In this document: positions 13,901-26,491 of the stretch, in pieces
Numbering within the stretch: position 1 is the stretch's first letter
Layout: each line of letters starts with the position of its first letter
Assembly: GCF_006345805.1 (NCBI RefSeq)
Contig: NC_042999.1
Span: 57,412,001 to 57,476,000 of the forward strand
Length of the DNA: 64,000 bases
Direction: 5' to 3'
DNA from: Octopus sinensis
Taxonomy: Eukaryota
Program-made: the position numbers and the translations under genes
Notes under the pieces: model-generated
Told to the model about the DNA's origin: nothing
Database searches by the model: none
Seen by the model: only the letters and a program-made list of their open reading frames with translations

Positions 13901-14915
13901 ACTTTCTCTTTGCTGACGACTGCGCCCTTAACGCAATCGATGAGCAGGAGATGCAGCTCGGGATGGACAGGTTCTCATCAGCCTGTGACAACTTCGGTCT
14001 CACCATCAGTGCCAAGAAAACCGAAGTGATGTTTCAGCCAGCCCCCGGCAAACAATACCATGAGCCTCAGATAAAGGTGAACGGACGGATTCTACGAGCG
14101 GTGGAAAACTTCACCTACCTGGGCAGCACTCTCTCCTGCAATGCCAATAGAGATGCTGAAATCATCAACAGAATCTCCAAGGCAAGCAGCGCGTTTGGGA
14201 GACTGCGAAAGAAAGTCTGGGAGCGGAGAGGAATCCGCCTCAACACCAAGCTGAAAGTCTACCGGGCAATCGTGCTTACCACCCTACTATACGGCTGCGA
14301 GACGTGGACTGCTTACCGAAGGCACGAGCGCCAGATAAACCACTTCTACCTCAGGTGTCTTCGGAACCTCCTTTACATCCGCTGGCAGGACAAAGTCCCA
14401 GACACGGAAGTTCTGAAGCAAGCAGATCTCCCTAGCACCATCACGATCATGCGCAAGGCCCAGTTGAGATGGGCAGGCCACGTCTCCCGCATGTCCGACA
14501 CTCGCATCCCAAATCAGCTCTTCTACGGTGAACTCAGCCAGGGAAAACGCAAAGTCGGAGGGCAGAAGAAACGCTTCAAGGACAGTCTCAAAGTCTCTCT
14601 CAAAGACTTCTCCATCGGCACAGATATTTGGGAGACACTTGCTGCCGACCGCTCATACTGGCGCAGCGCAATCACCACAGGAGCAAAGACAGCCGAGGAG
14701 AGATGGATTCAGTCAGCAGAACAGAAACGCCAGATGCGGAAAGCCAGAGCCACCTGCACCAATAGCACAGCCCCTACCCACTTCTGCCCCACTTGTGGGA
14801 GGGGCTTTCTTGCTTGGATTGGCCTCACCAGCCACCTCCGGTCTCATAGCAGCAATTCCACCAAATGATGTCAATGGTCATCTTCGAACCCGAAGGACGA
14901 ACATTATCATTATTA
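10960..14915 (+). mobile_element. Near full-length RTE-clade (BovB/Expander-like) LINE, single EN-RT ORF with one frameshift
   Basis: APE motifs (TWNVRTL, DIAALSETR, ILLGDFNAR, HLIDY), RT motifs (QCGFR, FVDLTRAFD, GVRQGCVLAP, LFADD), C-terminal CxxC...HxxxH finger. ORFs 11498-12034 and 12031-14868 join through an apparent 1-nt deletion near 11972. The 5' boundary is uncertain. Confidence 0.95.
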
Positions 14916-15245
14916 TCGAAAACTACATTATATAATCTGCATTCATACCTTTTTAAAGATATTGAGGCTTTATTTGAGGACGGGGGGGGGTGTTCATGCA
15001 CTTTACAGGTTTCCTAAGACCAATGCGATTAATAGACTTAATATTGCTCCTGCACCATTGCAAATCAACACGGCAGGAAATGCATGGGTAGGCAATTACC
15101 TATTTCTGCCTTTGATGTGCAAGAAAGAAGATAAAAGGATTTATTTCCAAGTTGACATCATATTGCCACTTTTATCATCGACACCTTTTCGGCTTGACTA
15201 TTCCCTGAGTATTGATCTGTCTATTAATGTAATTGGCAACGTGTT

Positions 15246-15297
<52 letters not shown>

Positions 15298-15774
15298 ACT
15301 CTCTCTCTCTCTCTCTCACTCTCTGTCTTTCCGTCCCAGCTCTAGTATTATTTGAGTTTATCTCTCTTAATTACTGTCAACTAACTAGAGTTTTATCATA
15401 AGATGGGTATTGTTATGAACATAGTGTTGCCACGGTGAGTGATATCGAGTAATATTAATAATATTACCTCTATAATAAAATAATAAACTGGTACTTAATA
15501 TTATTCTTGTTGATAGCATATGCTTAGTGCAAGTATCCAAATAAGAAATATTTTTTATTTAATTCTATTGTAATTTTATTTTTAAAAATTAGCATTCATT
15601 TCATGTTTGTATAAACGCCATGCAATTCATCAGCATGGTGTTTATACATAAATCTGAATAAACTAAAATTATTATCATAGTAACAATATAATACTGCTTG
15701 TCATATGACAGGTAACATCCAAATGCATAAATGTTTTAATTACAACTTCTTTCCTTCCAGTTACTACGCTCAAA

Positions 15775-15818
15775 ATGTTTCAACGTTATATTTTTGTCAC
15801 CGGTGGAGCTGGCTTTGT
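15775..15818 (+). CDS. TGDS: TGDS-like NDP-glucose 4,6-dehydratase, coding exon 1 (MFQRYIFVTGGAGFV, ends phase 2)
   Basis: ATG at 15775 in AAAATG context, 14 nt after a polypyrimidine acceptor (ttccttccAG, 15760); start of the Rossmann GxxGxxG motif; donor GTATGT at 15819. Confidence 0.92.
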
Positions 15819-16309
15819 GTATGTTATGTTTTTAATTCCTCTTCTTGTAAAATATTTATATTTGCTGTTCAGCAATCAGTGTGACGTCAATAAGAATACA
15901 TCAACATTCAATAACACTTTACTCTATCAATAACATTAACATAGAACTTTTTCTCTATGTCATATCGTATATTGGTAGCTTTAATTAATTTTAATCAGTT
16001 TAAATGCTGAAGTTGTCTCCCCTACTTTTCTTGGCTGGAATTAATCACTAAAATAATTATTCTTCTCCTCAACACTAGGAGTATGCTCATGATTAATTAA
16101 AATATCTTGGTTCACCTCAATTTGATTATCTATATGTAGTCCAATGGCAAGCTGTAGATAGAGAAACAAGATGTACTGAATATTATCATTATACAAATCT
16201 GAAATTGTCTTTTAAATGGATGACGCATTTAAATCACAGTATATTATGGTTATATATGTACTTGTCTCCAAGCTGATGAATGTAATCTATGTGGCTGCTC
16301 ATGCTGCTC

Positions 16310-17830
16310 AAAATAGCATGTCTTCCACTTCATGCAATACATCATAGAGAGGGTGGGGAACCAAACTGCCTTTGGTAGGGTCCTGATCAATTTTGATCTG
16401 TCTAAAGTATTCGATAGGGCTGAGAATCATGGACTGGAAGCTGTACTGAAAGTGGCTAGTTTCAATTTTGTCTTCAGAGGCTGAATCACTGCTATTCACG
16501 TTAGCATCTTCTTGATCATTAAGGTAACGGCCACTTCTCATAACCGTTTTGTATCACTCGCTCAGTCCGTCATGGATGGCCCTTTTGCCTCTTCTGCTCA
16601 TCCGAGTTCTCAAGCCAACGATACAGAAGCTGGAGCTGCTGAGGGACATCCCTTTTGAACTAGAACAGCATGGAAGGACTTTGCTGGTGTATGCAAATGA
16701 TGTTATAATTAGGATATCAGACGCCGCCAAAGTGGAGCCAGCTGGCTCCACGTTGAAGGAATATGATGGTGCCCGGAGCAATATTAAATCCAAACAAACC
16801 AGTGGTTTTGCTGCTTCAAACCTGAAGAGGCAAGTCCATGATGTTGGATGGTATTGTAAAGCGCCGGGCTGATAGACTTGTTAAACTGCTTGGGGTCTGA
16901 TTTGGTCCATAACTTCCAGATGGACCTGAACTGGCACAAAATGACAAGTAGTGTTGGCTTGGTATACTGTGACTGCTGCTGCACAGACATGCACTCCGGC
17001 TGCACCACATGCAAGGGTTTCTAGATGGTGAGCCGATGAAGTCATCGTTCATGACAGAGTTTCAATCCTGGGTGAAGCAAAGGCCAAGATTAGCCTGGCA
17101 CTTTAAGTATAGTCAGGTGCTTACCACTCTATCGGTGAGGTTGGAGGATCAGTGGAAGTTCCATTCTAGTAATTTGCAGAAGGTTAGTGGAATGAAGCGT
17201 GATGATATCTTCAGGGAAATCTGGGGATAGACGTGACGAACGTATCAGTCTGTTTTGGAGTACTTTCTGACTGGATATGGTAATGGGTAACTTTCAGAAG
17301 TCCCTAACATGGCAGATCTGCTCAGAGAGTGACACTGTTTGCTTGAGATAAACTTTACAAGCATAGAAGTGCCGTCAGATGAACCTGTCGAAGGAATGCA
17401 CAGGGAAATTAAACCATTCTGCACATACTTGTTCAGCATTTAGAAATTGTTGACTTGTGGATTTGTGTTGAACAGCTACTGGTGTATGTGGGATAGATGC
17501 AGTTGTCAGCCAAGTCCTTTCTGAGGATTGATCCACTGCCTTCCATTAGCCGGGCAAGGAAGGCAGTCTTCCTCTGCATGGTGACTTGAGAAAGAAGTTG
17601 TGTGGTGGACAAAGTTGAAAGGTCTAAGGACAAACATTTATTGATTTTGTTCGAGTTTCATGAAGAGGGAGGTGATGTCCACAAGTTTTCTGAAAGGTGA
17701 GTAAGAGTCGCACAAATGGCCAGTGTGGACTGGAGCACTCTAAGATTACACCTGTAGGTCAGAGAATGACTGTTGGAGAAGGCACTTGCCCTTGCTATTC
17801 ACAATGATCTTGGATTTGTGGGTTCCTGAA
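16310..17830 (+). mobile_element. Degenerate Tx1/L1-like LINE fragment (TGDS intron 1)
   Basis: Disrupted LINFDLSKVFDRAENH.LEAVLKVASF..VFRG (RT domain 3) and LLVYANDV (YADD-like); downstream part resembles the element at 36257-37646. Confidence 0.65.
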
Positions 17831-18173
17831 TTGGCCTTAGATGGATGTCCTGCTGTATCCAGAGGATAGTTCTGTCGTCATCACATTTAAATACTACATT
17901 TACTTTTATTTCAATTTATTCTTTTAATCGTTCTATTTTGCATAAATCCCCACTCTTTATGCCTGTGTTTGTTTCATCAAACTCATCTGTCAATCTAATG
18001 CTTAGTGTCATTTTTACCGACTTTTTACGTTCTAAGTTCAAATATCTCCAAGACAACCTTGCTTTCATCCTTTTGGGATCGGTTGATGTAGTCAACTAAT
18101 CCAATCCCCCTAAAGTTGCTAGCTTTGTGCCAAAATTTGAAATAATCATTGATATTTTCTTTTATTTCTGTAG

Positions 18174-18240
18174 TGGCAGTCATCTTGTGATTCATCTTGT
18201 GGAGAAATATCCAGAATACTACATTGTTAATTACGATAAA
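18174..18240 (+). CDS. TGDS: TGDS exon 2 (GSHLVIHLVEKYPEYYIVNYDK)
   Basis: Acceptor tttctgtAG, donor GTAAGA; completes GGAGFVG; resembles human TGDS [22 protein letters not shown] (recalled sequence). Confidence 0.95.
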
Positions 18241-18421
18241 GTAAGAAACATTTTCTTCTATTTTATAAGGAAAACTCAAATTACTTTCTGTCACACCTCT
18301 TTGATTTTCTAAATATGTATGTATGTATGTATGGATGGATGGATGGATGGATGAATGGATGGATGGATGGATGTGTACGCATGTATGTATTTATTTATGT
18401 AATTTTTTTTTCTTTTTGCAG

Positions 18422-18490
18422 TTGAATTACTGTTCTTCATTGAAACCTCTTGAGTATCTTCGCACAAAACCCAACTACAAATTTATTTTG
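18422..18490 (+). CDS. TGDS: TGDS exon 3 (LNYCSSLKPLEYLRTKPNYKFIL)
   Basis: Acceptor tttttgcAG, donor GTAAGT; 69 nt, phase 0/0; resembles LDYCASLKNL...NYKFIQ. Confidence 0.95.
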
Positions 18491-18607
18491 GTAAGTGATG
18501 CCATGAATAATTGAACTTACACAAAATATGTTACTTTATCCTCCACCACACACACACGCATACACACGTACGCACGCACATGCGCACACACACGCACACG
18601 CACACGT

Positions 18608-18659
<52 letters not shown>

Positions 18660-19493
18660 CCTACCTACAGTTAGGTAGACTGAACACCAACTGTTAATCT
18701 ATAGTGAATTTCAAAGAAGAGCTTAATGGCAATGATATAGAAGAAACATTAGTGTGTTGGCTTAAACGCCTTGACATTTATTTGAGTTCTAAGATCAAAT
18801 TCTACGAAAGTCAGCCTTGCTTTGCATCTTCCAGTGTCAATGAAGCATGAACCAGCAGAGTCATTAGTGCCAGATGAGCTGCTTTGCAATGTTTGTTCTG
18901 GCTGTTTGCATTGTTCAGTTCAAATTCTGCTGTGGCCTTTTCATGTGGTTGACATAATCCATCACCCAGTTTAACACCATCACTTAATCCTTGAGACTCT
19001 TTAGTGGGGTCCATTCTGTTGCAAGCATTCAGGCTAAGGTTCTGGTTTCATGATATACATCTTTCTTTTCCTTCCTTTAGTCTTGGGGGTTTTATGAAGG
19101 GTCATTGGAACTGCTCTTCCCTCATGACTAAGAGATAAAAAAAAAGAGTGAAACTGAGTGAATGGAGAGTATGAAAGTCATTGAGATGGATTCTCCCAGC
19201 AAGTCAAATGCCCAGTCTTGTTATACAGTGTAATGCTATTTCTGTATAATAAGGTCTGGGAAAAGGTCTTGGGAATTCTTCCTGACTAAGTGATAAAAAA
19301 TAAGTGCAGTTGCCATGAGGAGAGAAGAATCTTACAGTTCAAGATTTTAATCTTAAAGTGAAGAAGTGAAATTGAAAGTGGTGTTGTTAACTTTGATTGT
19401 AAGCATGTAAGCCATTTGTTCTCCTCACCCATATACTCAGTCAAAATACTGATGTTATAACTAAAATTTTGATTTCTTGTTGCTTTGTTTCAG

Positions 19494-19584
19494 GGAGATA
19501 TTTGTGATCCTCAAACTGTATACAATACACTTAAAAAAAACAACATTGACACTATCCTCCATCTTGCTGCTGAATCGCATGTCG
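19494..19584 (+). CDS. TGDS: TGDS exon 4 (GDICDPQTVYNTLKKNNIDTILHLAAESHV)
   Basis: Acceptor tttgtttcAG, donor GTAAGT; 91 nt; GDIC and HxAAESHVD motifs of RmlB/TGDS. Confidence 0.96.
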
Positions 19585-20229
19585 GTAAGTTGATATTTTT
19601 TTAAAAACATAAAACACCTGCATGTAAAACAATAGTTAAGATTGTGCTGACATATTTAATGTAGTAAATAATTTTTAAAATCTTATTATTCGAAATACTT
19701 ATACAGTGAATTACTTAAGCAGTGAGAAAAACCAGTATTAGCCCAATGACTGACTTTATTTTAGTCATTTCAGAAAGTTTGAAAGTCAACTCCTAATACT
19801 TGTAAATTTCAATTTTATTAGACTTGTTTGTGATATTCTGTATGTGTGTGTGTGTGTGTGTGGTCAGTGGTTCATATATCCGAAAAGGAAGCAATGAAGC
19901 ACACGTTAAAGCATTACAGCGGCAACATATCTTTTCTAGAAAGTTAAACGTTATGGCCGGTCTTAGAGTGTTCATTGGTTTTGCGCCTATATAGTACTTA
20001 GCGGTATAAGCAACTCTTCAGACTTAAATGGCTAAAGGCGCATAACCTCTCTAGAACTGGAAGAAGAAATATGTAAAGATCAGTTGGTTTTATAAACAAA
20101 AAATAATTGTTCGTACTGCGGACGGGACGGGGTTGGCGGGACGGGATTATTCCCCCCACATCGGTTCCAGTCATGGTGGTATTCGAAGGAGTTGTGGCAG
20201 GACTATTCATCGAATGGGGAATTCCAAGT

Positions 20230-20866
20230 CTGAAATAGGAAACGTTTTAGATCTGGGTATTGGCTGAATACTGCTTTCCTGGAGTTTAAAACATTCCCCG
20301 GGTCATGCGAGATTTTAGGATTCTTCCCTCCCAGCCAAGCTGCTCCCTTTTATATAAGTCTCTGGTTGTTCAAGGAGCTTCCATTTAATTATGTATGGGG
20401 TTTCTTCCTCTTTTAAATGCTATACGTGACTGGCCAGGGACGTGATGGTGCACCTTTCCGGTATCCTAAAAGAGGACCTGTGATTATTCAGGCGTTGCTT
20501 AAACGAGGTCACAGGTGAACCGATATGTTTTTGTGTCTGTGTATTAGGTGTGCTACATCAGAAGAGCCCATTTGGTCGGTTTGACCCTGGTCGAAACTTT
20601 ATTAAACAGTAGCGTTTTCCTGGCAATGCCTCTATCGCTAATGTCAGTGAAGCCCCTAGCGAAAGTAAGTGCCTTTACCAGAAGCCCTTTCGATATAGAC
20701 GGTTAAAAATCGACCTTAATGAACTGGCTGAATCTTGCCCTGCCTCTACCCTGGCTGGTTTTCAACCATGAAATGACTTTATTGATGCTACACCAGAAGG
20801 AGAGACTGGACGCTCCACTTATGTCATCATTAATTTTCTTTATTATGTTTTCTTTATTATGTTATT
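20230..20866 (-). mobile_element. Penelope-like element, 3' part (RT fragment + GIY-YIG), internally deleted
   Basis: Minus strand: KINDDI...VISWLK...FIKVDF*PSISKGLLVKAL..., then HIGSPVTSFKQRLNNHRSSF...TSLASHV*HLKE...IKWKLL. Confidence 0.7.
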
Positions 20867-20870
20867 ATGT

Positions 20871-21145
20871 TACATTATTTACATTTGACGGATATTTAAG
20901 AGATGAGGAATTATGTACATTATTTACATTATTTACATTTGACGGATATTTGTCGTCATCTTGTTAGTTGTTAAGACAACGTTTCGGCTGATATACCCTC
21001 CAGCCTTCATCAGGTGTCTTGAGGAAATTTCGAACCTGGGTTCTCATTCCCACGGGCATATGGCGTAGTGATTAAGAACGCGGGCTACTAACCTCAAGAT
21101 TCTGAGTTCGATTCCAGGCTGTGACCTGAATAATAATAATAATAA

Positions 21146-21186
<41 letters not shown>
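20871..21186 (+). mobile_element. Left part of composite tRNA-head/hammerhead element (inverted tail copy + Pol III head + (AAT)n)
   Basis: A box TGGCGTAGTGA (21061-21071), B box GAGTTCGATTCC (21104-21115). 20871-21050 is the reverse complement of the tail family seen at 24240-24350 and 53346-53475. Confidence 0.75.
20974..21019 (-). ncRNA. Minimal hammerhead motif
   Basis: Minus strand: AAGACAC-CTGATGA-A-GGCTG gagggtatat CAGCC-GAAAC-GTT-GTCTT; intact core, 5-bp stem II, one stem I mismatch relative to the GTGTT seen at 24303. Confidence 0.7.
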
Positions 21187-21188
<2 letters not shown>

Positions 21189-24154
21189 CCAAAAAAAACA
21201 AAGAAAACAAAACCTGGGAAGAAATCAAACCTGGAGAAGTAAAATTGAAAAAGAGATTGAATTTATGAGAGGGGAAATATCAATATTAAATGAACTAATA
21301 TGTGGAAATGATGTAAGATCCAGAACAGGAAGAAAGATGAAGAGAAAATTTGGATCCTCACCAAGAGAAGAACTGATATCAATAAAAGAAACGCTGAAAC
21401 AAAAAGTCCAAGCAAAAGCCCAAAGAATACGAAGATTTGAGAAGAGAAACAAGTTTTACAAGCAAAATAAGCTGTTCACATCCAATGCCAAAAAATCTAC
21501 AGAGAAATAGGGAAGGAGAAAGTAACCGTTAAAGACCCCCCTCCCATGGAAGAAGTTCAAAACTTTTGGAAAAGGATTTGGAGTGACAAGAAGACGTACA
21601 ACATAAATGCAGACTGGATTATACAAACTGAAGGATCCTACCAAAATTTACAACAACAAGCATGGGAAGACATCACAATAGCAGACCTAAGAAAGGCACT
21701 CACGAAGGCCCATAATTGGAAACCCCCCGGTAAAGATAGGGTGCCGAATTTCTGGCTCGCATCGCTCCCATGCGCACACGGTAAGCTAGTTCAGCTGCTC
21801 AATGGAATTATGAGAGACCCAAAGAAAACACCTGAATGGTTAGCAAGTGGCATTACTTACCTACTCCCAAAGAATAACGAAACCAACCTTCCAAAAAACT
21901 ATCGGCCTATAACCTGTCGATCCACCACGTATAAAATCCTAACATCTATCCTGGCGGAGAAAACATATGCATTCATGGAGAAGAACGATATTTTCCCCAT
22001 TGAACAAAAAGGGTGCCGCCGAGGCTCTTACGGATGCAAAGATCAACTGCTAATCAATCGTATGATCCTTGAGAACTGTCACAACAAGCGCAGAAATCTC
22101 AGCACCGCATGGATTGACTATAAAAAGGCCTTCGACAGTATACCGCATCCATGGATCTTGAGATCACTGGACATCTTCAAAATTTCCCCTGTGATTTCAA
22201 ACTTCCTGAAGCACAATATGTCGTTGTGGAATACGAATCTCCAATTATACCACTCTAATGGAGTACTTGCCTCAGAAAATATAAACATCAACTGTGGAAT
22301 TTTTCAAGGTGACTCACTTTCACCTTTAATATTCTGCATAGCCCTAATACCCCTTACAAGTGAATTAAACAGAACAGGGTATGGGTATAAAATTGCCAAT
22401 AAAAAAATAAGCCATCTATTTTATATGGATGACTTAAAACTTTATGGTAAAGACAATAATGAACTTGAAGGCCTATTGCGCACCGTGAAATCATTCAGCG
22501 ATGACATCGGGATGGAGTTTGGACTTGAGAAGTGTGCCAAGGCCACTTTCCAGAAAGGGAAAGTGAAGACCACAAATTCAGTCGTGTTAGATGTTGACAC
22601 AGTCATAAGAGAGCTTGAGCAAGAACAAACATACAAATATTTAGGGATAAATGAAGGCTCTGGTATTCAGCATGCAAGCATGAAAGAGAAAATCAGGAAG
22701 GAATGTTATAGGAGAGTTCGTGCAGTCCTGAAATCTGAACTAAATGCACGTAACAAGGTGTTAGCTATAAATTCCCTAGCAGTTCCAGTTGTTACTTATA
22801 GCTACAATGTGTTGAACTGGAATATGAGTGAAGTAAAGAATATAGATAGAAAAATACGCAAGCTGCTCAGTTGTAATAGGATGCACCACCCAAAGGCAGA
22901 CGCAGATCGCCTTTACCTTCCCAGAGCCCAAGGAGGTCGAGGCCTGATCCAATTTGAACTAGCTTACAAAACAACCACAATTGGACTGGCCAAATATCTC
23001 GAAATATCGAATGACTGGATGCTAAAGCTCGTGGAAAATCACGAGAGACGAAAGAAGCTTCATTCTATCATCAAGGAAAGCAAAAAATTTGCTATTGATC
23101 TCGTGCAGGATACCCAAACTGAACAACCCGAGGGAAGTACGGCAACTATTGTTGCAAAGAAGGTGAAAATGATGGCAATGAAAAAAGCGCACGAGCAATT
23201 GGCTGATAGGTGGGAGGAGAAACCTCTGCACGGCAAATATGTGACCCGCAGCAAACAAGCTGATGTTGACCAGAAGAAAACCCATCAGTGGCTGCGGAGC
23301 TCAGGGCTAAAAGCAGAGAGCGAAGGTTTCATCCTGGCTGCTCAAGACCAAAGCCTATCAACCCGGAACTACCAGGCCAATGTGATGAAAAATGGAGCAG
23401 ACCCAAAATGCCGATTCTGCAACGACATGATTGAAACAGTGGACCACCTAATCTCTGGATGTAAAGTCTTAGCACCAGTGGAGTATAAATTAAGACATGA
23501 CAGAGTTGGCCAATATCTCCACTGGCTAATAAGTCGGCATTACAATATCAAAACTGCCGACAAGTGGTATAATCACCACCCTGAGGCTGTAACTGAAGGA
23601 GAAAATGTAACCATTCTGTGGGACTTTCCAGTACATACAGACCGAACCATCAAGGCCAATAAACCAGATATTGTTGTGAAAGACCAAAACAATAAAGTTT
23701 GCTTATTGATCGACATGAGCATCCCCTGTGATCATAATATCTCAGCGAAAGAGTTTGACAAGCTCAGAAAATATAAAGACCTACTCATTGAAATTGAGAA
23801 AATGTGGCATCTCAAGGCGGTTACAATACCAGTGATCGTAGGAGCACTAGGAATGATCAAGAAGGGAGCCGAAAATTATATGAGAATGATCCCTGGCTTA
23901 CCATCCCTGCAAGAAGTGCAAAAGATTGTCTTAACTGGTACATCACACGTATTGAGAAGAGCATTGTCGATGTGAGAACTGTTGCTGCTCATGTATTTTA
24001 ATTTAACTTAAAAAAAAAAAAACAATAAAAAAAATGAACGAACTACTGAGTTTGGTTTAATGGCCTACCAATATACACTATGAGTTTCTTTGCCCTAGGA
24101 GTCGGGAAGACACTCGGCAAGAAATGGAAGAAAATTTGAAAGAAGAAAAAAAAA

Positions 24155-24165
<11 letters not shown>
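21187..24165 (+). mobile_element. R4/Dong-clade non-LTR retrotransposon (RT + CCHC + RLE), 5'-truncated, inserted in (AAT)n
   Basis: 809-aa ORF with EQKGCR, IDYKKAFDS, GIFQGDSLSP, YMDD, CRFC..ETVDHLISGC and KPDIVV..D..IP (PD-D/ExK). Upstream frame 21265-21510 is linked by an apparent 1-nt deletion near 21496. (AAT)n on both sides. Confidence 0.95.
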
Positions 24166-24205
<40 letters not shown>

Positions 24206-24350
24206 TTAACAACGACGACGACGACGACGACGACAAATACCTTGGGAATGAGAACCCAGGTTCGAAATTTCCACAAGACACCCGATGAAGGCTCGAAACG
24301 TTGTGTTAAGAACAAACAAGATGAGGACAAATATCCGTCAAAATATAAAT
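24166..24350 (+). mobile_element. Right part of composite tRNA-head/hammerhead element ((AAT)n, (ACG)n, tail with degenerate HHR)
   Basis: GACAC-CCGATGA-A-GGCTC-GAAAC-GTT-GTGTT at 24277-24307 (stem II deleted); inverted relative to 20871-21050. Confidence 0.7.
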
Positions 24351-24590
24351 AAAGTTCTTTAGTTTGTATTTTCTCGCCAGACCGATCTCCAATATAGTCG
24401 GGTTGATCAGGCAGCACTTGGATTATGGTCCTTGATGGTGATAAAGGCATTCCTCTTAGGTAATATTTATACCCTGTCAGCGATACCTAGACTGTTGGAT
24501 AACTGCTTAGCTTCACTGTTAATGCTGTATGTATGTGTGTGAGAAGCGAGTCTATATTTCTGCGTTATGTTGTCTTTTAAAAGCCTATCG

Positions 24591-24625
<35 letters not shown>

Positions 24626-25330
24626 ATGCGTGCGCGCTCTATATAGGTTTTTAGTTTTATCGGAGAAGAGTGAGGATCTGTCAGAGTTTTTCTAGCAGTC
24701 GTAAATCAGAATGGAGTTTGCGCTGAAATGGGCAAAAGAACTTACGGAATCTCAGGTTCGAGACGATACCCGCTTCGAAGGCTTCGAGGTCTTTGAGTCT
24801 TAGTGGGAACCTCCTGGAATTAATACCGTGTGTGTTGGCTTCTGAGGACGGTGTAACTTGGTTGTAGAAGTATACTTTCATCTCCGTCTTATGAGCTGGA
24901 TTAATCTTTTTGAGCAGCATTTTTGTATAAAGATCGTTTGAAGACATTGTTATATTTTATGCAGAATAACCGAGACCCTATAACTCCATGGTATCCGAGA
25001 GCTTTCGTGAGTATGTAGAGGCGCACAGCCGGCGGTACAGCTCCATAGCAGCTCCAGCTATGAGTACATATCTTGTATATATTAACCCCTTACCCAACAA
25101 TTATTTTGAAAATAAATGTATTTTTTCAGACATATTTTGTGACTAAATCATACTCGGTCTTCAATGCCTTACTCAAGCGAAAGGTGGCAGAAATCGTCAC
25201 TGCCAGACGTATAAAGTGAGCGAATATACTCGTATATGTCAAAAAAGAGTTTATAATAGACGAAGGAACTCGTTTGCTGTCGATTTTGGCGAGTCTATCT
25301 TTTGACGAGTTAACTCGCCAGAGACAGAAA
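24351..25330 (-). mobile_element. Penelope-like element, 5' part
   Basis: Minus strand: LKDLEAFEAGIVSNLRFRKF..PFQRKLHSDL and EAKQLSNSLGIADRV*ILPKRNAFITIKDH...LINPT..EIGL, typical of the PLE RT N-terminus; continues into 20866 across the insertion. Confidence 0.7.
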
Positions 25331-25405
25331 AAAACGATTTCGGTCAAAACGCATATATTCGTTTCTGCCGGGTAAGGGGTTAATGTACCGTACACACGGG
25401 GGGTG

Positions 25406-25548
25406 GACCGACTTTGCCGTTCATCCTTTCGGGGTCGATAAATTAAGTACCAGTTACGCACTGGGGTCGATGTAATCGACTTAACCCGTTTGTCTGTCCT
25501 TGTTTGTCCCCTCTATGTTTAGCCCCTTGTGGGTAATAAAGAAACATA
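25406..25548 (+). mobile_element. SINE 3' half (same family as 27931-28160)
   Basis: Near-identical gactttgcc...catcctttcggggtcgata...aagtaccagttacgcactgggg...gtgggtaataaagaaa. Confidence 0.8.
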
Positions 25549-26420
25549 TATTAGAGCAACGGCTGATTCATTCAAGAATCGTTATCACAACCATGTCACC
25601 AGCTTCCAGAAAATTAACAAAAGACGTTCAACATCTTTGGCCGATTTTGTGTGCCGACTTAAGAATGATAAAATGAAGTATAACATAACCTGGTCCATTG
25701 TAAGACTCGCAAAACCGTATAATATCACTTCCAGGAGATACCGACTCAGCTCCGAGGAATCTCTGTCTATCCTGTGGACCAATGAGAAGATCATAAATAG
25801 AATTTCTGAAAGATTCTCAAGATGCTTATATGCATATAAATGCACTTTCACACAATGCAGTGGGAATGTATTTGTGTAACCGTTAACTTAATTAATAATC
25901 ATAATTCACTTTAAGGTATAGATGAATTAAATTTAGCTCTAACATTCCCATTCTTATAAACACCAAGCAGCTATTCAATTCGTTTTGTAAACAAATGAGC
26001 AAACCACACGTGTGCGTATGTTTCCATCGTTATGAATGTTTATTTGAGCAAGTGTACATGCACCATTGAACCTATGCAGGGGCGTTTATACATCCATATC
26101 CTTTAACGGTTATATATTTAATACTTTTCTCGTTGTATTGTGAGTTCGTTTCTTATTTGCATCTGTTATTTTTTTTATTATTGCTCTTCTATACAAATGA
26201 AGCTATGTCCTTTAATTTGCTGCTTTTCTGGACACGAACTGAGATTATACCTAGCAGGACTGTTATTTTGACGGCTACATCTGTTTATCACCCGAAGAGA
26301 CACATCAACACTGTCTGATGCTCCTGAACCAGTTGTTAAGTATCCCATGAGGGATCGATGCCAGATGGGTCGAAACAGTTCTAGTGATTAATAAAAATTC
26401 TCGTATCTTCCATCTTCAGT
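25545..26420 (+). mobile_element. Penelope-like 3' end (GIY-YIG endonuclease + terminal repeat)
   Basis: YIRATADSFKNRYHNHVTSF...STSLADFVCRLK...ITWSIVRLAKPY...INRISE; degenerate HHR-like ...GGTC GAAAC AGTT CTAG near 26340-26385. Confidence 0.75.
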
Positions 26421-26434
26421 CTCTCATTAACCAA

Positions 26435-26491
<57 letters not shown>

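Noticed and set aside
21052-21128. Functional tRNA gene
   Set aside because: A and B boxes are present, but there is no convincing acceptor stem or oligo-T terminator, and it continues into a repeat body. The same holds for 30040-30131 and 27931-28020.
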